Source of the DNA: an uncultured Bifidobacteriaceae bacterium
GTDB lineage: Bacteria > Bacteroidota > Bacteroidia > Cytophagales > UBA9547
DNA length: 64,000 bases
Reading direction: 5' to 3'
Assembly (NCBI GenBank): GCA_964572965.1
Contig: CAZNHL010000005.1
Coordinates: forward strand, 39,782 to 103,781
Of the stretch, positions 43,410-53,901 are shown one piece after another (position 1 is the stretch's first letter; the number at the start of each line of letters is the position of its first letter). The translations under genes were made by a program, and so were the position numbers. Below the pieces are notes generated by a model. That model had not been told where the DNA came from and searched no databases. It was given only the letters and a program-made list of their open reading frames with translations.

Positions 43410-43423
43410 AGATGTTTATAATT

Positions 43424-44026
43424 TTACTTATTAAAAGCAGCAATAAATTCCTTGGCAGTTTGTTGACCCTGGTCATCGGCATACCAGCGATGTAGTTTTT
43501 CGGCAACTATTTTAAAGTCAGTGTTTGCGGCATTTAATTCATCTATCAGTTGCTGCGCAGCTGTAGGGCGTGGCCCCCAACTGCCTGTTACATCCAATGT
43601 TTCCAGATCAATAAATACTGTTTTAGGAATAGAACGGCTCTTACCGTTGGTCAGGAACTGATCAATTACCTCGTGGTGTTCATCTCTCAGAATTAATTTG
43701 TGTTGTATGAGATTATTGGTGGCAGCCAGTTCATTAATAACAGGTACTATCTGAGCAGCGTCACCACACCAACCTTCTGTAATGGTAAGCCAGACAGTCC
43801 GGCGCTTTATATTTTGAATGATTTTTGTAGTTTCTGTATCCGGATGGAAGGTCTTATCGAGACGCTTCATTCTGGCCAGATTGAGTCTGGCATAATCAAC
43901 AATCCATTCTTCCTGTTTGGCACCGGTTGTTTTTCCCACGGCCATTAGTTCATCAAGTAATTGGCGATAAGCTTCGTATGTGTAAGCATTATTCAGTAAT
44001 TCATTTGTGATAACAAATACTTGCAT
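43424..44026 (-). CDS. Thioredoxin-fold family protein
   Basis: 200 aa with TEGWCGDAAQIVP (single-Cys WCGD motif in a thioredoxin-like context). Confidence 0.65.
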   Translation of the reverse strand: MQVFVITNELLNNAYTYEAYRQLLDELMAVGKTTGAKQEEWIVDYARLNLARMKRLDKTFHPDTETTKIIQNIKRRTVWLTITEGWCGDAAQIVPVINELAATNNLIQHKLILRDEHHEVIDQFLTNGKSRSIPKTVFIDLETLDVTGSWGPRPTAAQQLIDELNAANTDFKIVAEKLHRWYADDQGQQTAKEFIAAFNK

Positions 44027-44124
44027 TCTGAAAAATTTAAAGATAAAATCTGAATGGTGTTATAACGCATAACTTAGCTGATTAATTCAGTTCAATGGAA
44101 AACTATAACCTGAAGGTTGAAAAA

Positions 44125-44161
44125 TAAAAAAAGCCGTTCTGAAATTGCTTTCGGAACGGCT
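44125..44161 (-). terminator. Rho-independent terminator
   Basis: agccgttc / gaacggct stem. The A-run at 44125-44131 gives a T-run on the minus strand. Confidence 0.6.
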
Positions 44162-44179
44162 TCGTTCAGTTTTTTCTTT

Positions 44180-44575
44180 TTAGTTAATTTCTGCCAAACG
44201 TTTTTTGAGCTTATCAATCAAAGCATGTTCTTTTTTATTAGTACCATGGTAAGCAGCAGCCAATTCTTCAGTTACTCTGATGCATACTTGCTTTACAGCA
44301 GGTTTAAAAGCTTTATGGTGATCTTCTACAAAATCAATGAAGTCATTGAAAGCATCTTGCGGAGCTACCATTTGTTCCTCAAGCACATCAAACTCGAATT
44401 TTGTAATATAAGCTGCATCAGTCCCGAATTCGTCGGTAGAACCTTCAAGAGGAGCCAGCTCTTTCTGTACTATCTCCATCAGAGCATTACGTTCTTCTTT
44501 AGTAATTACTCCGTCTACTTTTGCTACCGCATATAATAATTTTCCTAATTCACTGTAGAAGTCCTGATACTGCAT
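44180..44575 (-). CDS. TerB-like (tellurite-resistance TerB family) protein
   Basis: The ORF track extends to 44629; ATG 44575 gives MQYQDFYSELGKLLYAVAKVDGVITKEERNAL, which is TerB-like. Confidence 0.5.
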   Translation of the reverse strand: MQYQDFYSELGKLLYAVAKVDGVITKEERNALMEIVQKELAPLEGSTDEFGTDAAYITKFEFDVLEEQMVAPQDAFNDFIDFVEDHHKAFKPAVKQVCIRVTEELAAAYHGTNKKEHALIDKLKKRLAEIN

Positions 44576-44683
44576 ATGTTGGTTTTTATATTTTAACTGC
44601 AAAGGTAGATAACCTTTGATAGAATACAAAAGGCCTTGCTCATATCAATGAACAAGGCCTTTATGGTATTTCTCTTTAGCAGT

Positions 44684-45805
44684 TTATTTACATTTATAGG
44701 TTTTTAAAACACCAGGATCACCAGTGTAACCTAAGTTAACGCTTCTGAAGAAGTCGTCACAAGCAGAAGAACGGTTTTTTAGCATATTCCATGCGCGTCC
44801 TCTCTGATAGTAAATCACGCCGTTTTTAGGGTTAAGTTTTGCAGCCTGGCTAAAGTCTTCGATAGAGCCTTTTGCATCTTTCATTTCCTCCAGGCGCAAT
44901 AGGCCGCGGTTGTACCAGCTTTGGTAGTTTTCAGGACTTTTCTTTACAACGATAGAGTAATCATCAAAAGCACCAAGAAAATCTGCAAGATGTGTTTTGG
45001 CAATACCACGGTTAGAATAAGCTTTTACGTTATTACCATCTACAGCAATGGCCAGGTTAAAGTCTTCGATAGCATCTTTGTATTTAGCCTGTTCAATTTT
45101 ATTGTTACCTCTGTTATTGTAGATCTCATATTTTTCAGCCTGCTCATCGCTGTCTAAAAGAGAAACAGCTTTATCAAAATCAACGGACGCATTTAGAAAG
45201 TCATTGCTGCTATAATATGCTTTACCTCTTAAATTATAAAGATCGGCATCATTATTGATGCGGGCGATCGCTTTTGTATAATTATCAATCGCATTTTTAT
45301 AGTCTTTCATTTTAGCGTAAGTCTCAGCCTTACCTATAATAGCATTGATATTTTTAGGATCCAATCTTAAAACAAGGTCATAATCTGCCAAAGAAGAAGC
45401 AAGGTCTTTTGGTGTATTCAGGAAGAACTTGATTTTAGCTCTGAAGAAATACAAATTAGTGTCAGACGGCATCTTAGTAATAACAAGGTCCAGATCCTTT
45501 AAAGCATCTTTATATGAACCTGTGCATGCTTTTGCATAGCCATGGTTTACCAGGGCGAATTCATAAACTTTGTTTAAAAGTAATGCTGAATCCAGATAAA
45601 CCAAGGCATTTTTATAGTCTTTTTGTTCGATTAGTTTAGCCCCTTTGTTATTATACTTTTCTGCCGGAGTACTATTGTCGTCAGTATAGTAATGTGTGTT
45701 TTTATATCTTGCTTCGCTGTAATAATCAAAATCTCTGTCTACCACCTGTGCTTGTATATAAGTATAGGTGAAGAGAAAAATAAATAATGTCTGCAAAAAC
45801 TTCAT
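44684..45805 (-). CDS. Secreted TPR-repeat protein
   Basis: 373 aa. Signal peptide and about 8 consecutive 34-aa TPR-type motifs (..A..DF..A..L.P.N..AY.NRG). Confidence 0.8.
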   Translation of the reverse strand: MKFLQTLFIFLFTYTYIQAQVVDRDFDYYSEARYKNTHYYTDDNSTPAEKYNNKGAKLIEQKDYKNALVYLDSALLLNKVYEFALVNHGYAKACTGSYKDALKDLDLVITKMPSDTNLYFFRAKIKFFLNTPKDLASSLADYDLVLRLDPKNINAIIGKAETYAKMKDYKNAIDNYTKAIARINNDADLYNLRGKAYYSSNDFLNASVDFDKAVSLLDSDEQAEKYEIYNNRGNNKIEQAKYKDAIEDFNLAIAVDGNNVKAYSNRGIAKTHLADFLGAFDDYSIVVKKSPENYQSWYNRGLLRLEEMKDAKGSIEDFSQAAKLNPKNGVIYYQRGRAWNMLKNRSSACDDFFRSVNLGYTGDPGVLKTYKCK

Positions 45806-45896
45806 AGGGTTTTAAAATTAGGTACTGAAATATTTCAATTTTTAAATGTAGTAATAATCTGTTTTTATTACTGCCGATACACCTGTTAAGTATAGG

Positions 45897-46493
45897 TTAA
45901 GCTTTATCAGCGTTAGTTGTATTCGGGCTATCAAAACCAGAAACGCCGCCAGAGACAATAAATTTCATAATTTCTGCTCCTGAGGCATTAATAGCTGTTA
46001 TATTTTCTTTCGGCACAATAAAAAGGTCGCCTGAGAAATTATAGGAGTGGGGACAATAAACAGAAATCATCTCATTAATCTGAATTTTAGACAAATCATT
46101 CTGAGTAATGAAACCTAGCTTGTAAACTTGCGCATCTTTATTCAATTGTACAAGTACAGGGTTTTTGAATTTTCTGTTATTACCAAGAAAAGCATTGGCA
46201 AAGTCCTTTAGAGAAGAATAAATGATATTTACTAAAGGAAGCTGCTTTAAAAGATTTTCAAGAAAATCGAAGATAGGGCGGGCGAGGATCGTATTTCCCA
46301 GAAACCCAATGGTGAAAATACCGCCAACAACCACAGTAATCCCAAGGCCCGGTTTGTCGGTAATGCCAGGTACAAGATGGTCAACCCATAACAAAAACTG
46401 GATAATACTATACACTGTAATTCCAATCGGAGCAATGAACAGAAGGCCTTGTAAAAAGTATTTTAGGATTATTTTTGAGATTCTCGCGAACAT
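45897..46493 (-). CDS. DUF502-like membrane protein
   Basis: 198 aa, two N-terminal TM. LPLVNIIYSSLKDF is typical of DUF502 as I recall it. Confidence 0.6.
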   Translation of the reverse strand: MFARISKIILKYFLQGLLFIAPIGITVYSIIQFLLWVDHLVPGITDKPGLGITVVVGGIFTIGFLGNTILARPIFDFLENLLKQLPLVNIIYSSLKDFANAFLGNNRKFKNPVLVQLNKDAQVYKLGFITQNDLSKIQINEMISVYCPHSYNFSGDLFIVPKENITAINASGAEIMKFIVSGGVSGFDSPNTTNADKA

Positions 46494-46549
46494 AATAGCA
46501 AATTTAACATTTTCGGTTTCAGATGCATAAGTTTAAACAGGAAAAAACT

Positions 46550-46579
46550 TTTGCAATCATCTAATTTACCTTACTTTTG
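46550..46579 (+). promoter_or_regulatory. Candidate Bacteroidota sigma-A promoter of the nuo operon
   Basis: TTTG (46550-46553), an 18-nt spacer, then TACTTTTG (46572-46579, TAnnTTTG consensus), 31 nt upstream of the nuoA ATG. Confidence 0.45.
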
Positions 46580-46609
46580 TTGTCGCATACATAGTAATAA
46601 TTGTACTTT

Positions 46610-46978
46610 ATGGGTAACTATCTTCCTGCGGATTATCTTCCGATCGTTTTTCAATTAATTTTCGCATTAGGTTTCGTTGTTCTTACAATGGCCGGAACTC
46701 ATTTGTTAGGTCCGAAAAGAAAGTCAGCTGTTAAAGATGCTACATGGGAATGTGGTATTGAGCAACAAGGTAATGCGCGTACACCGTTTTCAGTAAAATA
46801 CTTCCTTACTGCTATTCTGTTTGTCTTGTTCGACGTGGAAGTAATCTTTATGTATCCTTGGGCTGTGAACTTCAGAGAGTTGGGCACACCGGGCTTCATA
46901 GAGATGTTGCTGTTTATGGTATTCCTTCTTTTCGGCTTCTTCTACGTAATCAAGAGAAAGGCTCTTGACTGGGAATAA
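46610..46978 (+). CDS. nuoA: NADH-quinone oxidoreductase subunit A
   Basis: The ORF track starts at TTG 46601; the ATG is at 46610. 3 TM; FDVEVIFMYPWA motif. First gene of the nuo series. Confidence 0.9.
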   Translation: MGNYLPADYLPIVFQLIFALGFVVLTMAGTHLLGPKRKSAVKDATWECGIEQQGNARTPFSVKYFLTAILFVLFDVEVIFMYPWAVNFRELGTPGFIEMLLFMVFLLFGFFYVIKRKALDWE

Positions 46979-47083
46979 ACCCTTTTTTAGATTCATTTTA
47001 AATAACAATATAGAACCATAACTGGCTTTATTATTGTTATAGATAAGGGTATATTTGTCCTTGATTTAATAACATTCTGTGAT

Positions 47084-47620
47084 ATGGTAAAGACGGTTGA
47101 TGCACCTGCAGGATTTGAAGGTCCGGGCTTTTTCGCTACGTCAATAGATCAGGTTTTAGGCATAGCACGTGCTAACTCATTGTGGCCTTTGCCTTTTGCT
47201 ACATCTTGTTGCGGGATCGAGTTTATGTCTACAATGGCATCGAACTATGATCTTGGGAGATTTGGAGCAGAAAGATTGAGCTTTTCTCCGCGTCAGGCTG
47301 ACGTCTTGATGGTAATGGGAACCATTGCTAAAAAAATGGGCCCGGTTGTACGTCAGGTATATGAGCAAATGGCTGAACCTAAATGGGTGATGGCTGTTGG
47401 TGCTTGTGCTTCTTCAGGTGGTATTTTTGATACTTACTCAGTTTTGCAAGGTATTGATGAAGTTGTTCCTGTTGACGTTTACGTTCCGGGTTGTCCTCCT
47501 CGTCCTGAGCAGATTCTTGATGGCTTTATGCGTATTCAGGAATTGGCTAAGAATGAGTCATTGAGAAGAAGAAATTCTGAAGAGTATAAGCAACTGTTGG
47601 CCAAATACGATATTAAATAA
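47084..47620 (+). CDS. nuoB: NADH-quinone oxidoreductase subunit B
   Basis: 178 aa. N2 cluster ligands CCGIEFM and GCPPRPE. Confidence 0.95.
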   Translation: MVKTVDAPAGFEGPGFFATSIDQVLGIARANSLWPLPFATSCCGIEFMSTMASNYDLGRFGAERLSFSPRQADVLMVMGTIAKKMGPVVRQVYEQMAEPKWVMAVGACASSGGIFDTYSVLQGIDEVVPVDVYVPGCPPRPEQILDGFMRIQELAKNESLRRRNSEEYKQLLAKYDIK

Positions 47621-48123
47621 TGGCAGAAGTAAATAATGCTTTCGTAGCAGAACAACTAAAAACTAAATTCGGCGCAGGTATTCTTTCTGTTGAAGAGCCT
47701 TACGGTTTCTTGACAATCACTGCTGAAAGCCAATTAAACATAGACATCCTGAAATACCTTTGGAGCAACTCCGAAATGGAATTCCAGTTCATGGTTGATC
47801 TTTGTGGTTTACATTATCCCGAACAAGAACTTCCTCTTGGAGTAACTTATCAGTTACATAGTTTAAAACACAATCTGAGAATCAGACTTAAGTTCTGGGT
47901 TTCTCTTGCAAATCCTGTCATCAAATCCTCTACATCTGTTTATGCTACTGCTAACTGGCAGGAGAGAGAGACGTATGATTTCTTCGGAATTATATTCGAA
48001 GGCCACCCTGATTTGAGAAGAATCCTGAATGTGGATGAAATGGAAGTTTTCCCAATGAGAAAAGAATACCCATTGGAAGATCCGAACAGGATTGATAAAA
48101 AAGATTTATTCTTCGGTCGTTAA
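47620..48123 (+). CDS. nuoC: NADH-quinone oxidoreductase subunit C
   Basis: 167 aa. ANWQERETYDFFGIIFEGHPDLRR motif; TAATG overlap with nuoB. Confidence 0.9.
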   Translation: MAEVNNAFVAEQLKTKFGAGILSVEEPYGFLTITAESQLNIDILKYLWSNSEMEFQFMVDLCGLHYPEQELPLGVTYQLHSLKHNLRIRLKFWVSLANPVIKSSTSVYATANWQERETYDFFGIIFEGHPDLRRILNVDEMEVFPMRKEYPLEDPNRIDKKDLFFGR

Positions 48124-48140
48124 TTGCCAAACAGGATATC

Positions 48141-49352
48141 ATGAGCCAAGGCCATATTCAATTAATCAACGAATTAGAAAAAGAGACCACGACCATTAAC
48201 TTAGGTCCGACTCACCCTGCAACACACGGTATTTTCCAGAATATCCTTGAGGTTGACGGTGAAAGGATCATGAGCGCTGAACCTACGGTCGGGTATATTC
48301 ACAGAGCATTTGAGAAAATCGCTGAACACAAGCCTTTTTATCAGCTCACTACTCTTACAGACAGGATGAACTATTGTTCTGCTCCAATCAATAACATTGG
48401 CTGGCACATTACAGTAGAAAAACTGATGGGAGTGCAAACACCTAAGCGTGTTGATTACATGCGTGTTATTGTGATGGAATTGGCTCGTATGGCCGATCAC
48501 ATTATTTGTAATTCAATTATCGGAGCAGATTGTGGTGCATTGACAGGTTTTACATACATCTACCAGATGCGTGAGAAAATCTATGATATGTATGAGGAGA
48601 TTTGCGGGGCCCGACTTACTACCAATTTGGGTAGAATAGGGGGCTTCGAGCGTAACTTCTCTCCGGAATTCTATAAAAAACTAGATGCTTTCCTGATCGA
48701 GTGGCCAAAAGTGTTCAATGAATTTGATTCATTGCTTTCTCGTAACCGCATTTTCATGGACAGAACTATTGGTGCTGGTGGTATTACTGCTGAAAGAGCA
48801 TTGAACTATGGTTTCACAGGGCCAAACCTGAGAGCTGCCGGAGTTGACCATGATGTAAGGGTACTTACGCCTTATTCTTCTTATGAAGATTTTCAGTTCG
48901 ATATTCCAATCGGATTGAATGGTGATGCTTATGATCGCTATATGGTTCGTCAGGAAGAAATGAGACAATCATACAGCATTATTCAGCAGGCTTACGAGAA
49001 ATTGAAGAAAGAACCTTCTGATGTTTTCACTGCTGATATTCCAAGCTACCGTGTACCGCCAAAGCAGGAGGTTTACAAGAGCATGGAGGCATTGATTTAT
49101 CACTTCAAGATTATCATGGGTGAGTTAGATGTGCCGGCAGGTGAAGTTTATCAGGCAATAGAAGGAGGTAACGGCGAAGTTGGTTTTTATCTGATCAGTG
49201 ACGGTGGCCGTACGCCATACCGTTTGCACTTCAGAAGACCTTGCTTTATCTACTATCAGGCTTATCCTGAAATTATTAAAGGAGGTCTGTTGTCAGATGC
49301 CATTATTGCATTGAGTAGTATGAACGTGATTGCAGGAGAATTAGACGCATAA
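48141..49352 (+). CDS. nuoD: NADH-quinone oxidoreductase subunit D
   Basis: 403 aa with LGPTHPATHG, RIGG and EGGNGEVGFY. Confidence 0.95.
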   Translation: MSQGHIQLINELEKETTTINLGPTHPATHGIFQNILEVDGERIMSAEPTVGYIHRAFEKIAEHKPFYQLTTLTDRMNYCSAPINNIGWHITVEKLMGVQTPKRVDYMRVIVMELARMADHIICNSIIGADCGALTGFTYIYQMREKIYDMYEEICGARLTTNLGRIGGFERNFSPEFYKKLDAFLIEWPKVFNEFDSLLSRNRIFMDRTIGAGGITAERALNYGFTGPNLRAAGVDHDVRVLTPYSSYEDFQFDIPIGLNGDAYDRYMVRQEEMRQSYSIIQQAYEKLKKEPSDVFTADIPSYRVPPKQEVYKSMEALIYHFKIIMGELDVPAGEVYQAIEGGNGEVGFYLISDGGRTPYRLHFRRPCFIYYQAYPEIIKGGLLSDAIIALSSMNVIAGELDA

Positions 49353-49355
49353 TTT

Positions 49356-49883
49356 ATGTCTGAAATCAATAATAAAATAGAATTTTCAGCGGAAGCTAAA
49401 GAGCTGGTACAGAAGTACATTGCAAAGTTTCCGGAAGACAAGAAGAAGTCTGCCCTTATTCAGATTCTTCACCTTGCCCAAGCTGAGTTTAACGGTTGGT
49501 TAAGCCCTGAAGTAATGGACTATGTAGCTTCTTTACTTGGCATTGAACCTGTTGAAGTTTACGAGGTAGCAACTTTCTACAGCCAGTACTATATGAAACC
49601 TAATGGTAAATATGTATTGGAGGTTTGTCGTACGGCTTCTTGTGGATTAAGAGGTGCTGAAGAGATCATTGAGTATTTGGAAAATAAACTAGGCGTGAAG
49701 GATGGCGAAACTACTCCTGATGGCATGTTTACTATCAAATCTGTTGAGTGCTTAGCTTCTTGCGGTACTGCACCAATGATGCAGGTTGGTATGAATTATC
49801 ATGAAAACCTTACTGAAGGGAAGTTAGACGAATTGTTGGATCAATTCAGACAAGAAAATAAAGTATCAAGAGCTTTCTGCTAA
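49356..49883 (+). CDS. nuoE: NADH-quinone oxidoreductase subunit E
   Basis: 175 aa. 2Fe-2S ligands in CRTASCGLRG and CLASCGTAP. Confidence 0.9.
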   Translation: MSEINNKIEFSAEAKELVQKYIAKFPEDKKKSALIQILHLAQAEFNGWLSPEVMDYVASLLGIEPVEVYEVATFYSQYYMKPNGKYVLEVCRTASCGLRGAEEIIEYLENKLGVKDGETTPDGMFTIKSVECLASCGTAPMMQVGMNYHENLTEGKLDELLDQFRQENKVSRAFC

Positions 49884-51223
49884 TGGCTGGTAAAAAGATA
49901 TTATTAGAGCATATTGATGTTCCAAACATCCAATCTTACGAAGTTTATCGTCAGAAAGGTGGTTATGCTTCAGTAGAAAAAGCGCTGAAGACCATGACTC
50001 CGGATGAAGTTGTGGAAGAGGTAAAGACATCTGGTCTTCGTGGTCGCGGTGGTGCCGGTTTCCCTACAGGTATGAAGTGGAGCTTTATCGACAAGAAATC
50101 AGGAAAGCCCCGCTACCTGGTTTGCAATGCCGATGAATCTGAGCCGGGAACATTCAAAGACCGTTATTTGCTTGCACATATCCCACACATGTTAGTGGAA
50201 GGGATGATCACTTCTGCATTCGCATTGGGCGCTAACCGCGCTTACATCTATGTGCGTGGTGAAATGATGTATGTAGTACGCATCTTACAAAAGGCAATTG
50301 ACGAAGCGAAAGCTGCCGGTTTTCTTGGTAAAAATATATTAGGAAGTGGTTTCGACCTTGAATTGAATGTTACCTGCGGTGCAGGGGCATACATCTGTGG
50401 TGAAGAAACTGCTTTGATCGAATCATTGGAAGGTAAACGTGGTAATCCACGTATCAAACCTCCTTTCCCTGCTATTTCTGGTTTGTACAATAATCCTACT
50501 GTAGTTAACAACGTGGAGTCTCTTGCAGTTATTCCATGGATTGTAAACAACGGGGGGGCTGAGTATGCTAAGATTGGTATTGGAAGAAGTACAGGTACTA
50601 AATTGATTTCAGCTTCTGGCCATATTAATAAGCCGGGTGTTTATGAAATTGAAATGGGTATCACCGTACATGATTTCATTTACTCTGAAGAATATTGTGG
50701 TGGTATCTGGAAAGGAAGAAAATTGAAAGCATTGATTGCCGGTGGTTCTTCTGTGCCGATTCTTCCTGCAAACCTGATCACTAAAACTGCAGCCGGAGAA
50801 GACAGATTGATGTCTTACGAATCATTGGCTGACGGTGGCTTTGCAACTGGTACAATGTTAGGTTCTGGTGGATTCATCGTAATGGATGAAACTACCTGTA
50901 TCGTAAAAAATACATTTAACCTTGCCCGTTTCTATGCGCACGAATCATGCGGACAGTGCAGCCCTTGCCGTGAAGGTACTGGTTGGATGGAGCGTGTATT
51001 ACACCGCTTAGAACATGGCCATGGTCATAGCAGTGACATTGATCTTTTGGTAGAAGTTGCTAAAAAGATTGAAGGTAATACAATTTGCCCGTTAGGTGAT
51101 GCAGCAGCATGGCCTGTAGCCGCAGCAATCCGTCACTTCCGTGATGAATTTGAGTGGCATGTGGCATCTCCTGAAGAAGCAACTCGTAAAAATGCTTCTT
51201 TCCCAGGTGCAGTATTAGCTTAA
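49883..51223 (+). CDS. nuoF: NADH-quinone oxidoreductase subunit F
   Basis: 446 aa. FMN/NADH site GLRGRGGAGFPTG; 4Fe-4S ESCGQCSPCREG. Confidence 0.95.
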   Translation: MAGKKILLEHIDVPNIQSYEVYRQKGGYASVEKALKTMTPDEVVEEVKTSGLRGRGGAGFPTGMKWSFIDKKSGKPRYLVCNADESEPGTFKDRYLLAHIPHMLVEGMITSAFALGANRAYIYVRGEMMYVVRILQKAIDEAKAAGFLGKNILGSGFDLELNVTCGAGAYICGEETALIESLEGKRGNPRIKPPFPAISGLYNNPTVVNNVESLAVIPWIVNNGGAEYAKIGIGRSTGTKLISASGHINKPGVYEIEMGITVHDFIYSEEYCGGIWKGRKLKALIAGGSSVPILPANLITKTAAGEDRLMSYESLADGGFATGTMLGSGGFIVMDETTCIVKNTFNLARFYAHESCGQCSPCREGTGWMERVLHRLEHGHGHSSDIDLLVEVAKKIEGNTICPLGDAAAWPVAAAIRHFRDEFEWHVASPEEATRKNASFPGAVLA

Positions 51224-51273
51224 TTAGAATTTCCTGAAGGTTCGCCTTCATTAACAAATATATTCTTGTTTCA

Positions 51274-52272
51274 ATGGAAGGGTATTTAAAAGTAACGATA
51301 GACGGGATTGAAACGATGGTACCTCCGGGAACTACCATCTTACAGGCTGCCCGCCAGATTGGTAAAAACGTGCCACCGGCAATGTGTTATTACTCCAAAC
51401 TGGAAGGCTCAGGCGGTAAATGCCGTACTTGTCTGGTAGAAGTGACTCAGGGTTCTGAAAAAGACCCTCGTCCGATGCCAAAACCTGTAGCTTCTTGCCG
51501 TACCGGCGTGATGGATGGCATGGTTGTGTTGAACACACAATCGCCAAGAGTGATTGAAGCAAGAAAAGGGGTTGTTGAATTCCTTTTATTGAATCACCCG
51601 TTGGATTGCCCAATTTGCGATCAGGCAGGTGAGTGTCACTTACAAGATTTAGGTTTCGAGCACGGTTCTCAGCATTCACGTAACGAGTTCAAACGCAGAA
51701 CATTTGAACCGATCAACATCGGTCCTTATATTCAGTTGCATATGAACCGTTGCATTTTGTGCTACCGTTGTGTATTCACTGCTGATCAGATTACTGAGAA
51801 GCGTGTACATGGAGTGATGGGACGTGGCGAGCATGCTGAAATCAGTACTTATATTGAGCAGGCAATTGACAATGATTTCTCCGGTAACGTAATTGATGTT
51901 TGTCCGGTAGGAGCTTTGACAGATAAGACTTTCCGTTTCAAAAACCGTGTTTGGTTTACTAAGCCGGTTGATGCGCACAGAAACTGTGATCATGAAAAAT
52001 GTAATGGTAAAGTAACGCTTTGGTACAAAGGTGAAGATGTTATCCGTGTAACTGCCAGAAAAGATCAGTGGGGTGAGGTTGAAGAGTTTATCTGTAACAC
52101 TTGCCGTTTTGATAAAAAGAAAACTGCTGACTGGACAATTGACGGCCCGACAAAAGTGCGTCACTCTTCAGTAATTTCTCAAAACCATTACGAAACACTG
52201 GCAGAGAAACCGGTAGTACCCGAAAAAGCAAGCCACCTGATTGGTAACCCTGCTTTTGCGGATAAAAAATAG
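51274..52272 (+). CDS. nuoG: NADH-quinone oxidoreductase subunit G (short form)
   Basis: 332 aa. Fe-S motifs CRTCLVEV, HPLDCPICDQAGEC, CILCYRCV and CPVGAL. Confidence 0.9.
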   Translation: MEGYLKVTIDGIETMVPPGTTILQAARQIGKNVPPAMCYYSKLEGSGGKCRTCLVEVTQGSEKDPRPMPKPVASCRTGVMDGMVVLNTQSPRVIEARKGVVEFLLLNHPLDCPICDQAGECHLQDLGFEHGSQHSRNEFKRRTFEPINIGPYIQLHMNRCILCYRCVFTADQITEKRVHGVMGRGEHAEISTYIEQAIDNDFSGNVIDVCPVGALTDKTFRFKNRVWFTKPVDAHRNCDHEKCNGKVTLWYKGEDVIRVTARKDQWGEVEEFICNTCRFDKKKTADWTIDGPTKVRHSSVISQNHYETLAEKPVVPEKASHLIGNPAFADKK

Positions 52273-52307
52273 AAACTAAATCATAAGCGATAAACATTAC
52301 GCTTTTT

Positions 52308-53333
52308 ATGGATTATACTTTTATTGCAGTAAAATTTTCATTGATACTCGGAGCCTTTGCAATAAGCCTGGGTGTAGCGATGTATTCAACTTATTTCGAA
52401 AGAAAGTTTGCCGCTTTTTTCCAGGATCGTATTGGTCCGGACAGAGCTGGTCCCTGGGGGATTTTGCAGCCTTTAGCTGATGGTGGTAAACTTTTCTTCA
52501 AAGAAGAATTTATCCCGGCAAATGCGAACATGAAGTTGTTTATCCTTGGGCCGTCTCTGGCCATGTTAACAGCTTGTATGACGAGCGCTGTGATTCCGTG
52601 GGGAACATACATCGAATATGGCGGGGAGCAGATTGCTCTTCAGGTAGCTGATATCAACGTAGGTATCCTTTATATTTTCGGTGTTGTTTCTATCGGTGTG
52701 TATGGTGTTATGATTGGTGGATGGGCTTCAAATAACAAGTTCTCGCTCATGAGTGCTATCCGTGCAGCTTCACAAAGTATTTCTTATGAAATTGCAATGG
52801 GGATGTCGATCATTGCTTTGGTAATGGTAACAGGAACGTTGAGTTTGAAAGAAATGACAGAACAACAGTCACACGGACTTTGGAATATCCTGTATCAGCC
52901 ATTAGGCTTCCTGATTTTCTTAATCTGTGCTTTTGCAGAAACAAACCGTGCACCGTTTGACATGGCAGAATGCGAAACGGAGTTGATCGGTGGTTACCAC
53001 ACTGAGTATTCTTCTATGAAATTAGGGTTCTATCTGTTCGCAGAATACATTAACATGTTTATCTCTTCATTGCTGATGGCAACTATGTATTTCGGCGGAT
53101 ATGCTTTCCCATTCATGCATGACCTGGGCTTGTCTCAAAATACAATAGCTATTTTAGGTTTCTTATCCGTAATGGCTAAAGCAATGCTATTCATTTTCTT
53201 CTTCATGTGGGTACGCTGGACATTGCCACGTTTCCGTTATGACCAGTTAATGAAATTGGGCTGGCAGGCATTGATTCCGTTGGCTATTGCCAACATTGTA
53301 TTGACAGGTATTGGTATACAGATATTCAACTAG
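52308..53333 (+). CDS. nuoH: NADH-quinone oxidoreductase subunit H
   Basis: 341 aa, polytopic. ERKFAAFFQDRIGP and AETNRAPFD motifs. Confidence 0.95.
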   Translation: MDYTFIAVKFSLILGAFAISLGVAMYSTYFERKFAAFFQDRIGPDRAGPWGILQPLADGGKLFFKEEFIPANANMKLFILGPSLAMLTACMTSAVIPWGTYIEYGGEQIALQVADINVGILYIFGVVSIGVYGVMIGGWASNNKFSLMSAIRAASQSISYEIAMGMSIIALVMVTGTLSLKEMTEQQSHGLWNILYQPLGFLIFLICAFAETNRAPFDMAECETELIGGYHTEYSSMKLGFYLFAEYINMFISSLLMATMYFGGYAFPFMHDLGLSQNTIAILGFLSVMAKAMLFIFFFMWVRWTLPRFRYDQLMKLGWQALIPLAIANIVLTGIGIQIFN

Positions 53334-53352
53334 TTTCTGACATTAATTAGAT

Positions 53353-53901
53353 ATGCAACTCACCAATAGAAGTAAGCAGGTAGTAAATAAGAAACTCTCT
53401 TTCGCTGAGAGTATCTATTTGCCTGCAATTGTAAAAGGCTTATCGATAACATTGAAACACTTCTTCGCGAAGCATGTTACAATTAAGTATCCTGAAGTAA
53501 AGCGTAAATTCTCTAAAGTTTACCGTGGCCTTCATGTGTTGAAACGTGACGATCAGGGAGCTGAAAGATGTACAGCTTGTGGACTTTGTGCTTTGAGCTG
53601 TCCTGCAGAAGCAATCACAATGACTGCTGCTGAGCGTAAAAAAGGTGAAGAAGGTCTTTACAGAGAAGAAAAATATGCAGCAACATATGAAATCAATATG
53701 TTACGTTGCATCTTCTGCGGACTTTGTGAAGAAGCTTGTCCAAAAGAAGCAATCTTCCTTACAAATGAAGAAATTGCACCTGCTTCAGGTGACAGAGGAA
53801 ACTTCATTTATGGTAAAGACAGATTGGTAGAAAAACAACATAACCCTGTCGGCAAAGTTCGCGGTGGTGGTCCAGTAAACGAGAAATATTATCATGGGTA
53901 A
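53353..53901 (+). CDS. nuoI: NADH-quinone oxidoreductase subunit I
   Basis: 182 aa. Two 4Fe-4S ferredoxin motifs, CTACGLCALSCP and CIFCGLCEEACP. Confidence 0.95.
   Translation: MQLTNRSKQVVNKKLSFAESIYLPAIVKGLSITLKHFFAKHVTIKYPEVKRKFSKVYRGLHVLKRDDQGAERCTACGLCALSCPAEAITMTAAERKKGEEGLYREEKYAATYEINMLRCIFCGLCEEACPKEAIFLTNEEIAPASGDRGNFIYGKDRLVEKQHNPVGKVRGGGPVNEKYYHG

Noticed and set aside
44117-44536. 139-aa plus-strand ORF overlapping the TerB-like gene.
   Set aside because: The product is Phe/Ser-rich and looks like nonsense. The minus-strand frame gives a coherent helical TerB-like protein with its own terminator.
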